The notes beneath the pieces are model-generated. The model saw only the letters and a list, made by a program, of their open reading frames with translations, was not told where the DNA came from and did not search any database. Positions 39,315-51,789 of a stretch of 64,000 nt of DNA are shown here, piece by piece. The stretch comes from Octopus vulgaris (taxonomy: Eukaryota). The position numbers were made by a program, and so were the translations under genes. Each line of letters opens with the position of its first letter. The first letter of the stretch is position 1. The DNA lies in NCBI GenBank assembly GCA_951406725.2, contig OX597833.1, positions 17,236,001 to 17,300,000 on the forward strand, read 5' to 3'.

Positions 39315-39825
39315 GTAATGGTTATTATTTCGTATATTTTCATTTGTCTTGCTTATTTTTTTACACTTTGGTTTTGTGCTGAGTTTTTACTTGAGAACGC
39401 ATTCTTCGTGGAAAATAAGCAATTTTGACGTCTATATCTAGCATATTGACCATCCACTTTTAGTGGTCAGTCCTTTAAATTTTGTATGTAAAAATATTTT
39501 AATCTTCGGATTTCTTTAATATGCTAGGCCACTGGCTTTAATTGATTAATAACAATTTCTACCCTCATTCAATTATATATCTATATTTATATATTCCAGT
39601 TGTTCGTCCATGCTAGTATAAATAAACGGCATGAATTTTTACGGCCGGGCGCTCTTCCTGTTGTCAACTCTTAGCTGATTTTCAAGACAGGAGTTATTTT
39701 TCATCTAGTGGAATTCGAAAATGTAGAAATATCGAGCGATTTATTAAATGCATTAACAAACATCGTTGGCTGCAGTCCAGCTACAAACGATTAAGTTTGT
39801 AGCTTGGCTGCAATCAGTATCGATC

Positions 39826-39829
<4 letters not shown>

Positions 39830-39895
<66 letters not shown>

Positions 39896-40034
39896 CTTTC
39901 AGTTTCCGTGTACTAAATCCACTCACAAAGCTCTGGTCGATCCGACGCTGTTGTAGAAGACACCCACATGGGACTGAACCTAGAACCATGTGGGTGGGAA
40001 GCAAATTTCTTACCGCACCACCATGCCTCCGCCT
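39830..40034 (-). mobile_element. SINE family A 5' half
   Basis: Reverse complement of the head. Confidence 0.75.
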
Positions 40035-40039
40035 ATATA

Positions 40040-40109
<70 letters not shown>

Positions 40110-40135
40110 GTATATATATTTATATATATGTTTGC

Positions 40136-40189
<54 letters not shown>

Positions 40190-40200
40190 TTGTATATATA

Positions 40201-40407
40201 CAGGGTGTACCAAAAAATGTATACACATTTTAGCAGCTGATAACTCATTTGATATTTTTTCTTTCCAGATGAAACCTATAGGATTTAATGATGGCAGCCA
40301 GATTAAGCTTTGAACGAAGAAAATTCATTCTAAAATGATACTTGAAGTGTGAAAATGCAGTTGAAGTGCAAAAACAGTTAAAGTATGCATACATTTTTTT
40401 GGGACAC

Positions 40408-40411
<4 letters not shown>
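40201..40411 (+). mobile_element. Tc1/mariner-superfamily MITE with transposase N-terminal relic
   Basis: TIRs CAG(G/A)GTGT(A/C)CCAAAAAATGTAT in a TA tract; [28 protein letters not shown]. Confidence 0.85.
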
Positions 40412-40469
<58 letters not shown>

Positions 40470-40477
40470 CACATACA

Positions 40478-40531
<54 letters not shown>

Positions 40532-40579
40532 AATTTATATAAATAAGGATATAAATCAGGTGGCCAGCATATATATACA

Positions 40580-40625
<46 letters not shown>

Positions 40626-40719
40626 GGAATAAAAAATGGAGTTAACGCAGGTTTAAACAAGCCCTGGTAACTATTCATTCATTTATCCGTGTTAATTGTT
40701 AACAAGGTAAAATACACTC

Positions 40720-40774
<55 letters not shown>

Positions 40775-40776
<2 letters not shown>

Positions 40777-41325
40777 AGATAAATAAAAATATATGCATAC
40801 ATACAAACATATATGTACGTACCTACATCTACATGTATATATACATGCATATATAAATAATTATACGGGAGTACAGGACATCACAATAATACGTAGAAAC
40901 GGAAAAAGCCAAAAAACAAAAAACAAGAAAACGGAAAACGAAAAACAAGAAAACGAAAAACAAATACAGGACGAGCTACACAAGGACAAAACCCCCGTCA
41001 TCAGCTGTCGCTAGAGGAGTCAGGCATGTTTCGAAGGCATAACAGAACACTAATCCAATAGGCCTTCCTGCGAGAGAATTAAAATAAAATTCCAAGCAGC
41101 GGGGCAAAATGAGTACGAACACAAACAAGACGTAACAATAAGACTGCAAAATTAAAATACATGTACAAAAACAAACACAAGAGGACGAACGAAAAAGCCT
41201 TTTTTCTGGCATAGACAAACGATAAAACTGCAAAAATAAAAATACATGTACAAAAAGTACAATTAGTTACAAAACGAGAAAATAACAAGAATACTATACA
41301 GGAAATCAACCACACAAGGTGGTTA
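40775..41325 (-). mobile_element. PLE-like remnant in (TA)n
   Basis: Homologous to 14005-14490. Confidence 0.45.
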
Positions 41326-41428
41326 TATATATATATATATACATTGTGAGTGGATTTGGTAGACGGAAACTGAAAGAAGCCCGTAGTATATATATATATA
41401 TGCGTATGTGTGTTTGTGTGTCTGTGTT

Positions 41429-41459
<31 letters not shown>

Positions 41460-41460
41460 A

Positions 41461-41642
41461 AAATTATAATTAAGGGTATCTAAGAGCTGCACCATGCTTG
41501 AAATAGCAACCAAAAGCTTGACTATAAAACCACATTAAATGTTCATACAACACCAATGAACATTTAATGTGGTTTTAGAGTCAAGTTTTGGCTGCTATTT
41601 CATGCATTGTGGTATCTCTTAGATAGCCTTAATTATAATTTT
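41461..41642. repeat. Imperfect foldback, ~85-bp arms, 9-bp spacer
   Basis: ...AAAACCACATTAAATGTTCAT acaacacca ATGAACATTTAATGTGGTTTT... Confidence 0.9.
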
Positions 41643-41818
41643 AATGCTAATTATTACCTTTGAGGTTTTTTTATTCCCATGCTGGACACCTGATAAGATC
41701 GGTATTTCGAATAACGATCTTATCCTTATTTATATAAATTTATATATATATATATGTATATATACACATACACATACATATATATATGCATACATACATA
41801 CATACATACATACATACA

Positions 41819-41852
<34 letters not shown>

Positions 41853-41880
41853 CATACATACACAAATACATATATATATA

Positions 41881-42285
41881 GGCGCAGGAGTGGCTGTGTG
41901 CTAAGTGGCTTGTTTACCAACCACATGGTTCCGGGTTAAGTCCCACTGCGTGGCACCTTGGGCAAGTGTCTTCTACTATAGCCTCGGGCCGACCAAAGCC
42001 TTGTGAGTGGATTTGGTAGACGGAAACTGAAAGAAGCCCGTAGTATATATATATATATATATGCGTATGTGTGTTTGTGTGTCTGTGTTTATCCCCCTAG
42101 CATTGCTTAACAACCGATGCTAGTGTGTTTATGTCCCCGTTACTTAGCGGTTCGGCAAAAGAGACCGATAGAATAAGTCCTGGGCTTAGAAAAAGAATAA
42201 GTCCCGGAGTCGAGTTGCTCGATTAAAGGCGGTTCACCAGCATGGCCACAATGAAATGACTGAAACAAGTAAAAGAGTAGAAGAG
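41881..42285 (+). mobile_element. SINE family A, full length
   Basis: GGCGCAGGAGTGGCTGTGTG start; tail AGTAAAAGAG. Confidence 0.9.
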
Positions 42286-42289
42286 AGAG

Positions 42290-42375
<86 letters not shown>

Positions 42376-42384
42376 TTGTAAAAG

Positions 42385-42522
42385 TAAAAGAGGACAACAA
42401 ACGTAAAGGCAAGACAAACATTTCAAAGCATATACGTTATTATTATTGGAAATATTCCAATAATAATAATAACGTGTATGACTTCAGATGTTTGTTTTGT
42501 CTTAACGTTTGTTGTCCTTTTT
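42385..42522. repeat. Imperfect foldback, ~65-bp arms
   Basis: GGACAACAAACGT...TATTATTGGAA ata TTCCAATAATA...ACGTTTGTTGTCC. Confidence 0.85.
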
Positions 42523-42703
42523 AAAAAAATTATATCTCCGCTCTATCGGAAATCTACTATGGTTCCGTAACTCCCGTCTTGGCTATGAGCTTGGAGCCTT
42601 GGTAATCCGTTACCACACTTACGCAGCGTCCCTAGTCGTTTAGATCACATGTGAACTAAGTCCTCATATTTTGTGTATGTATTTATATATATACATACAT
42701 ACA

Positions 42704-42739
<36 letters not shown>

Positions 42740-42745
42740 TGTGTG

Positions 42746-42875
<130 letters not shown>

Positions 42876-43666
42876 GTTGTAATGCTTACAATGTTTAATA
42901 AAATGATGTAGCGTGAAACGATCGTACCAAATTACCGAGGGTATTCTTGCTCCTTATTTTGAATATATATATATATATATATATATGTCTAACGAGCAAA
43001 ACGCCCCCCCCCCCCGTCCAGTGGACGGTGCTGAGTTGTCAAACATTTAAGCCAAATTTTCTCAAAACAACTTTGTCCGACCGTCCTTTAGGCCTCCTTT
43101 TTGAGAAACACTGATTTAACCTAAATTTGAGACACCAGCAAAAGAAGAAATAAAGATAGACTTTTTTTTCTATTCCAAAGAAAAACGATTTTATTCACTT
43201 TATCGATCGCATTCTCATTTGGAATCGATTTTTGTAATTTTTTCAAGACTCATACACGCCCTGATTCCGTCGGTATCTACATATCAAATTTGAGCGCCAT
43301 CGGATGGAAGATGCCCGAGATCCTAGAAGACACACTCACAGACGGACAGAACGGATTTTATATATTATATAAATATATATATATTATATATATATAAATT
43401 TTAAAATAAGGGTGAGAAATTAGATATTAATTTAATTAACATCGATTTCATACCAGTTGTCTAGCATATAAAAAAAACTGAAGGTTCAGTAAAATTGTAT
43501 TATATATATATTAGAGGGAAACCCCTATTTTTATTGCTTTTTATTTTGTCTTGCTCGTTTACGTTTTGGTTGCTTTGCTAAATTTTTCTTGAGAACATTT
43601 CTTTGTGATAAGACCATAGTGGATCTACTTCTAGCATAAGGGTGTCCGCATAGTGGTTTCCCTGTA

Positions 43667-43706
<40 letters not shown>

Positions 43707-44275
43707 CAAGTTATAATTAATAGTCATTACATATTTTTCCTTTATAGGAGCAAATTTGGCTTACAGCTGTTTCGAGTAATCATTATAGGTATGTTACTGA
43801 TAGGTTCACTCAGTCGGTCTCTTGATCAGCTGAGAAAAATTGAACGACCTAAAAGAAAGTCAATGCTACTTTCGTCAGACCCATTTCATGTATATATAAC
43901 AAGAGAGAGAGAGAGAGAGAGAGAGAAGGAGGAGGAAAGATCATGGGCCTACCTTGGTACTGTTTTATTGTATTTGTTGCTTGCATATGTTTCAGTATTC
44001 GGTAAGACACGACGTCATACTATAGATGCCACCAGTAGATGTAGCTTACAAGCGCCAACATGCTCTGTGCTGTGGAATGAAGGGGTACCAAGTTATATCT
44101 ATTTTCTTTTCTCTTATTATTGATGTGCTCTTTGAATTACCTCATCATCCACCCTCGGATACGTACAACTTGTAAGTGCAAGCGGTGTTGAGAATTCAAC
44201 GTGTTTAACATTAGAGCCGAAATCTATGTGGCTTAAATGTTGCGAGTTGAGAGCATCTAATAATAATGGCTAACT

Positions 44276-44349
44276 CTGATGAGCACAGGGTTACGTAATC
44301 GGACTGTTACCTAACACTCCAAGTGCGAAACCGATTGGTAAGATCGGCC
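44276..44349 (+). ncRNA. Degenerate hammerhead-like motif
   Basis: CTGATGA-GCAC...GTGC-GAAA-CCGAT tggtaag ATCGG-CC; cleavage U replaced by C, stem I not evident. Confidence 0.4.
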
Positions 44350-44419
44350 GTAATGGATACATAATACTGTACTCCTCATTCAATATATCTATAAATATAT
44401 GTATACGTGTGTATGTATG

Positions 44420-44810
44420 TCAGGTTACTTTCGAGTGCTACTGGTAACATGTAACCCAGTACAACCTGTTGCATGGTCGGGTCGTCGGCGACTAAACCGG
44501 CAACCCCACCAAGCTTGCTTGGTGAGGAGGGTGTTTATTGGACACCCTGTGGGATGAAAACAAAACCCGTCAAAGGGCGGAGGAATTCCTGAGAGTCAAC
44601 GGCCATCCAATAAATGTCTTAAGGCTGTATTATGCGCGGGGACATAGAAATAATCGGACTAAATACCCGATCGCGCAGTTAAACCATTGGGAGTGAAGGA
44701 CTCCTAGCCTTTGTTAGGGCATCCTTCTAGGAAAAGGTAACTCTGGTAACTGGGATAACTCCGACATAAAACCTGCGGCTCAGTGGTTACCGATGATGTT
44801 GACTTGTTCT
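44420..44810 (+). mobile_element. Probable RTE-type LINE 5' UTR or derived non-autonomous element
   Basis: GC-rich with several short hairpins; GGGCATCCTTCTAGGAAAAGGTAACTCTG resembles the recalled RTE 5'-UTR motif GGCAACCAGTCTAGGAGAAGGAAAACTCTG. Confidence 0.45.
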
Positions 44811-45033
44811 TCTTTTCGGATTATGGCTGCTGTTGCTTAGTGAGTGGGATTGACTCAGTGCACAGCCTTTCCTCACTTAAAAAAAAAATCTTCTTGCACA
44901 GGCATTGCACGATAACAACATTGATCAACCTTCGTGCAATGGCCATACTCGATAACGATGGGGCAGCCACCATGTATGTATGTATGTATGTATGTATGTA
45001 TGTATGTGTTCCAAGGTGTGACAAGTTCAAAAG

Positions 45034-45260
45034 AACATTATTTACATTTGACCACATCTTGTTTGTTTTTAACAACGTTTCGACAGATATACCCTCCAGC
45101 TTTCTTCAGGCGTCTTGAGGAAATTTCGAACCTGGATTCTCATTCCTAAGGTATTTTTCAATATTATCATTGTTGTTGTTGTTGTCACTGCTTGGAATCG
45201 AACTCGGAATCTTGGGGTTAGTAGCCCGCGCCCTTAACCACTACGCCATATGCCCACGGG
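45034..45260 (-). mobile_element. SINE family F: tRNA head plus hammerhead-bearing tail (copy 1)
   Basis: A box TGGCGTAGTGG, B box GAGTTCGATTCC, (CAA)n linker, CTGAAGA...GAAACGTT at 45071-45113. Confidence 0.8.
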
Positions 45261-45785
45261 TGTATATATCGTTAGTTCGGATATATATAGGCTATATTAA
45301 ATCTCTGAGCCAGATGTAAACAATAGCAACACGGAATCGTAAGATATAATTGTCAATCAAGTATGGCATCCTATACGGGACATTGCAACTGGCGTTTATA
45401 GCCGCAGGACGACATCTCTTCCTGCTGGCTAACGACATACATTCTGTGTCCGATTAGTATTTGCGAGGGGAGGTCATCGCTCCTATCTCTAGCCTTACGT
45501 GATACACATAGACTCGAGTTTCTGAGTGGTCACTCGTCCCCAGTATGTGTTAATCGCCAGCTAGGGATGAAAACTCGCAAAATACTATATGCTTTTTCCA
45601 GCGACGAACCGTCGCTGATTTCAAAAAAGGAGAAATAAGCTATAATTAAATCTCTGAGCGAGATGTAAACAGTAGCAATATGGTGTCGTAATATATATAA
45701 TTGCCAACCAAGTGTAGCGTCCCGAGATGTCTTCCTGGGGCTATAAACGCCAATAGCACTGTCCCGTATAGGACACCACACTTGG

Positions 45786-45850
<65 letters not shown>

Positions 45851-46099
45851 AATGTGTCTGTCTATCAGTCGGTCTGTCTGTCTGTCTGTCTTTGTGTGTG
45901 TGTGTGTGTGTGTGTGTGTTTCGCCTATGGCTCTTCCCGAAGATATAAACCTATGTACACGACTGGCTTCATTCGTTTTCCATCGAAAAAAAAAATTACA
46001 TAATAGTGGCGCTGTGGTGGAGTAAACTTGCCCGAGGTGCTGCGCGAACATCAAATCGTCACCAATAATGACGCAGAAGTTAACATAACGTCTGCCGAA

Positions 46100-46460
46100 G
46101 GCGGTGAGCTGGCAGAATCGTTAGCACGCCGAGCGAAATGCTTAGCGGTATTTTGTCTGCCGTTACGTTCTGAGTTCAAATTCCACCGAGGTCGACTTTG
46201 CCTGTCGTCCTTTTGATGTCGATAAATTAAGTACCAGTTACGCACTGGGTTCAATATAATCGACTTAATCCGTCTGTCTGTCCTTGTTTGTCTCCTCTGT
46301 GTTTAGCCCCTTGTGGGTAGTAAAGAAATAGGTATTTCGTCTGTCTGTACGTTCTGAGTTCAAATTCCACCGAGACCAATTTTGCCTTTCATCCTTTCTG
46401 GGTCGAAAAATAAGTACCAGTTGAGTAGTGGAGTAGATGTAATCTACTTACCCTCTACAA
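46100..46460 (+). mobile_element. SINE family B dimer
   Basis: Junction AAGAAATA|GGTATTTCG at 46330/46331. Confidence 0.88.
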
Positions 46461-46560
46461 CCATTTACCTTATTGACAACCATTTACCTCATTACCTATT
46501 TACTGTCGGTTAAGACTTAACAATGAGTGAAAAGTGACCGCGTAGATTTCATTGGACACA

Positions 46561-47090
46561 GGCATGGCCGGGTGGTTAAGAAACTAGCTTTGCAGCTTCG
46601 TAGTTCCCAGTTCAGTCCCATTGCGCAGCTAGCGTAACTACAGTGAGTGCCGCCTGTGATGGTGGTGGTGGTGGTGGGGTTGGGGGGCTTCCGTTTGCCG
46701 TCCGCACCCGGATCCCACAAAAAACACATATTGCCTACAGCAGACCCAAAATTGGTGCCGCTTTAAAAGTGCTACGCTAGTGCATCGCGCGGCACATTGG
46801 ACACGTGACTTCAGCTACAGCCCCGGAGTGACTAATTGCTTTGTGAGTGAATTTGGTAGACAGGAAATTATGTGGAAGTCTGTCATGTGTGTGTGTGTGT
46901 GAGTGTGCCAATGTTTGACTCTTCCTCCAGCGCTTGGCAACTGGTGTTGATTTCTTTTACGTCGCTTGACCTAGCGCTTCGGCAAAAAATCCCGGTAAAA
47001 TAAGTACCAAACTTAAAAAAAGGGAGAAGAATCAACAACGTAAGACAGTGCTCCAGCATGGGCGCAGTCTGATAACCGAAACAGATAAAA
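46561..47090 (+). mobile_element. Degenerate SINE A with a nested hAT-like MITE
   Basis: Head interrupted after the B box; resumes at 46790. Confidence 0.7.
46627..46782. mobile_element. hAT-like MITE
   Basis: CTAGCGTA..TACGCTAGTG ends; 8-bp TSD CATTGCGC/CATCGCGC; interior shared with 58017-58148. Confidence 0.7.
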
Positions 47091-47198
47091 AAAAAATAAT
47101 CAAAAATCAAGTATAGAACTAAAAATTAACAACAAAAAGGGTCCCACAAAATGTGTATGGTGGTGGGTAGGAGTAGGGACAGGGTCTAATCAAATACC

Positions 47199-47346
47199 TA
47201 TTTCTTTACTACCCACAAGGGGCTAAACACAGAGGGGACAAACAAGGACAGACAGACGGATTAAGTCGATTATATCGACCCCAGTGCGTAACTGGTACTT
47301 AATTTATCGACCCCGAAAGGATGAAAGGCAAAGTTGACCTCGGCGG
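47199..47346 (-). mobile_element. 5'-truncated SINE B (tail 2) with 11-bp TSD
   Basis: AATCAAATACC at 47188-47198 and 47353-47363. Confidence 0.9.
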
Positions 47347-47741
47347 GTGTCCAATCAAATACCGTAATTCGGGGTACCCCATAATCGAAATATGCTATTT
47401 CAGGTAGGGTACCCCTATAATAGAGTATTGATACAAGGCCAGAAATCTGGAAGGACAGACAGACAGAGAATTGAATAGACACCAAAAACGTCGTTGGTTG
47501 TTATTTGACCAAAGCTGGAAGGATCAAAGACAAAGTTCCAAAGCGAACGGGATTTGAATATCGATTCTTCAAATTGGCGCATGACGTTATAAGGTTGTGT
47601 GTAGAACGGAGAATGCGGTCGATAGAAGTAACCCACATTGTATTACAGGTATGGAATTTATTTATTAATTTATTAATTTTTGTTGTTGTTTTTTGTCCCT
47701 ATCGACTACGGAGATATGAAAAAAGAGGAAATATTAGCAAT

Positions 47742-47993
47742 GCTGTTGTTACTGCCGCTGCTGATGCTACTACTACATTCACAGTTACCACCACCACCAC
47801 TACTACTACTACTGCTACTACTATTACCACTGCTGCTGCTGCTACTACTACTACTACTACCAATACCACTACGACCATTATCACAGCGACAACTATACCA
47901 CTACTACCACCACCACCACCAGTACTACAACAACTACTACTACTACTACTACCAATATCACCACGACCATCACCACGGCGACAACTACTACTA

Positions 47994-48042
<49 letters not shown>

Positions 48043-48109
48043 CAATATCACCACGACCATCACCACGGCGACAACTACTACTACTACCACTACCACCAAC
48101 ACCACCACC

Positions 48110-48143
<34 letters not shown>

Positions 48144-48525
48144 TAGTACCACCACCACTACTATAGTACCACCACCACCACCACCACCACCACCACTACT
48201 ACTACTACTACCACTACTACAGGTGTAAATGCTGATGTACCACCACCACCACCACCACCACTACTACTACTACTACTACCACTACTACAGGTGTAAATGC
48301 TGATGTACCACCATTACCGCCACCACCGCCATCGCCTCCACCACTACCTCCACCGCCGCCACCATCGGCCACCATCGGCCACGTTACTTTTAATACTAAT
48401 CTCGACTGTACATGAAGAGAAGACAGCGATTTGCAGCGCAAACGGCAATAGCCGGAGCAATAGCAATAGCCATAAGTCTGCCGACAACTGCTTATTATAT
48501 ACTCACTCACTTTTTCCAGTGACGC

Positions 48526-48568
<43 letters not shown>

Positions 48569-49022
48569 CCCTACTGCTACTACTGCTGCTGCTGTCGCCG
48601 CCGCCGTCGCATCCACCACCACAACGTCTATCACATCCACCTCCACCGCCACCGCCACTTCCATCACTGTAGCTGCCACCGCCGCCGTCGCCGTCGTCGC
48701 CACCACCACCACAACTTCTACCACGTCCACCACCACCACCACCGCCATCGCCATCACTGTAGCTGCCACCGCCGCCGTCGCCGTCGCCGTCGCATCCACC
48801 ACCACCACAACTTCTACAACGTCCACCACCACCACCGCCATCACCATCACTGTAGCTGCCACCGCCGCCGTCGCCGCCGTCGCCTCCACCACCACCACAA
48901 CTTCTACAACGTCCGCCACCACCGCCACCGCCATCACTGTAGCTACTGTTGCCGCCGCCGTCGTATCCACCACCACTGCCATCGCCATCACTGTAGCTGC
49001 TGCTGCTGCTCCTGCCACTGCT
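47742..49022. repeat. Trinucleotide (TAC/CAC/CGC) low-complexity region with an ~80-bp minisatellite
   Basis: CCATCACTGTAGCT recurs five times between 48660 and 49000. Confidence 0.9.
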
Positions 49023-49887
49023 GAAAAGATGCTATCAAACCCAGATTTACATCGTTTAAACATGATGTCCATGCTAGCAATGAATAACTAATGAACTGTT
49101 GGTGAGGATTATTGATATTCGAGACAATTTTTCTTTCTTTTTTTTTACGACAACGACTAACGCCATGACAACGGCTGAGGCAGACGACCGTACAGACAGG
49201 CAAGCAGAAGGGTGGTGATAGTATAACTATAATAATGATAATAATAATAATAATAGTGATGATAATAATAATCATCTTTCTGATAATGTTGATGGTGGTG
49301 GTGGTGTTGGTGGTGATATTGGTGTTGGTGGTGGTCGCCGTTGTAGTAAGCGTGACATCGGTAGAAGAGATAACAACTTAGATTTGCTGTCACAGCAGAA
49401 GACAATAAACGTTTCGTTCGTTACTGACTGCATGCATCTCAACTAAACTCTCTTTCTATCACCTTTCCTTATCCTTTCTGTTTGGCTGAAAAGCCACTCC
49501 ACTGGACAATGGAGATTGTTAGATGCTGCTGCTAACATTCTCCATATATTAATGTCAGTTCAAAATAATATTCTTTAAAAAAAAAAAAAAAACTGGAAAA
49601 GAAAGAAAGAACAGAAAAGAAAAAGAAAAAATGAAATAGGAGATATTGAAACCTTTCTTATTTGCTTTCAGATATTTATTTGCTTGTTTTATTATCTTTA
49701 TATTGATATTCATTTATGCATTTATTTTCATCGACGATCAATAAATGTAGAGCGAACGACTCACATTATTGGCGGCCATTTTAATTTGATGTCGATCAAT
49801 ATTTTATCAGCGGAGTGCATTCAGTTACTGGTACTATAACATTCGCAGCGTTACGTTTACTAATTATCCTGATTTATTTCCTTCTAG

Positions 49888-49940
49888 GATTCCATTTAGA
49901 CGGAGCGGTGAATCTCTTTTATCTCCAGGGAAATTTCATG
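49888..49940 (+). CDS. Candidate internal or ATG-terminal exon (53 nt)
   Basis: Branch-like TACTAAT (49858-49864), pyrimidine tract ending TTCCTTCTAG, donor ATG|GTAAGT; two frames open. Confidence 0.45.
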
Positions 49941-50164
49941 GTAAGTGTTTAATTCATAACACTAACCCACGCCTTTCATGGAATGCAGTTTCTTTATAGC
50001 TATACACTTTTAACTAAATGCCACAACTTGAATTATCTTTAATGCTTCATATAATTTCAAAAAGCTGTGTGTTGAGTTGATCGTACTTGCAATCATGAAA
50101 TAACACTAAATCCTAATTTTGTATTAAATAGGAAACACGAGAGCGAGGATGGTTTAAGAGATAG

Positions 50165-50415
50165 TTTCTTTTGCTTGTTTCAGTCATTGGACTGCGGCCA
50201 TGTAAAGACACCATCTTGAAGAGTCTTAGTCGAACAAACAAATCAACTCAAGTACATTTTTTTGTTTTCGAATGCGTGCTACTTAGCGGCCTCTTTATCA
50301 AAAATGACCGGCAAAGATTGCCTGGAAACATACGGCGCGCTATACATGCTGGTCAGATCATCATGTTTAAACAACATGAAACTAACAGTACCTCGAATTT
50401 AAATCTCCTCTCTGT

Positions 50416-50452
<37 letters not shown>

Positions 50453-50672
50453 ACCAGACCACACCACACCACACACACACATACGCACAGTGCTTATACA
50501 CACACGCGCACGGCGGGCATCTTTCAATTTCCGTCTTCTAAATTCATTCACAAGGCTTTGGTTGACCCGGATATATAGCAGAATAGTAAAATACATCTGC
50601 CCAAGGTACCATACTGTGGGACTGAACCCAAGACCACATGGTTAGGAAGCAAGCTTCTTGCCCACACGGCCA
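50165..50672 (-). mobile_element. Degenerate SINE family A
   Basis: Head and tail recognisable. Confidence 0.7.
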
Positions 50673-50929
50673 TTATACATGCATCTCATTAAATGTTTCT
50701 CAGCCAACTGTATTACATCAATAGACAGAAAACGGCCATTTCTTATTTTTAATGGTTTGTTATTGCACATTGAGAACAATGTCGTTTCATTGAACAATAG
50801 TTATTCGATAAAGCCAAGAACTTCATGAAGCATTAGGTTTGACGAAGAAGTTAACGAAGACATAAGCGATGGTGTCATAATGTTCCAGCTACCTCAGGGA
50901 TGATAGCTGGTTATTACGTTGGTGAAGGT

Positions 50930-51255
50930 GTGTGGCTCAGTAGTTAGGGCATTCGGCACCTTGGGCAAATGTCATTTATTAGCCACGGGCTGACCAAAGC
51001 CGTGGGAGAGGAGTTGGTAGACAAAAACTGAAAGAAGTTTGTCGTGTGTGTGTGTGTCTTTGTCTCTGTATGCGTCCTACACCACCTCTTCACAAGCGGT
51101 GCTGGTGTGCTTACGTCCCTGTAACTTAGCGGTTCAACAAAAGACACCGACAAAATAAGTATCAGGCTTTAACGAATAAATCCCGGGATCGATTCGCTCG
51201 ACTAAAACCCTTCAGCGTAGTCATAGTCAAATGACTGAAGCACATAAAAGATAAA
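50930..51255 (+). mobile_element. Degenerate SINE family A
   Basis: GTAACTTAGCGGTTC..CACCGACAAAATAAGTA. Confidence 0.7.
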
Positions 51256-51789
51256 ACATATTCGTATAGACATGAGCATGTCAAGAATTTCTCAGTTGTA
51301 AGACCGTTCTTCATCGTGTTTGCAACGAGATGTGCTTAATGCGGAGCATAAATTATAAAATGCATCGATTCAGCTTCCAGCAGTTATGTATAGATCGAGG
51401 GAAAAACACTGATTTATTTTGCCGCGAGGAACAAAAATTTAACGTTTCGGAGATTTGTTATTTTTCAGAGAGAGAGAACAAATATAGAAGCTGATACTAC
51501 ATTTACGGGTAAGTGAATGAGAAAAAGAAGCGGAGAATTATTCGCACTGATAGTTATGAGGAGAAAAAGTAAAAGGCAAGAGTAAATAGTATGGGAGAAG
51601 AGTGATGTAGGGAGAAATAAAATTAAGAAGAGGGGAGATTTTCTAATAGATGCCAGATCAGTTGAGGTGAGATGGGAGTAGTGAAAGCTATGTTCAGTGA
51701 ATTTAGTATGGAGTGAGAAGGTAGAACGAGCGGGAAGATCGACATAAGGACAATTGCAGAATGGAACAGATCTAAATATAAGACCACCT

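Noticed and set aside
47505-47655. Non-repetitive ORF start with a CAG|GTATGG donor
   Set aside because: No clear acceptor or start codon and no recognisable domain.
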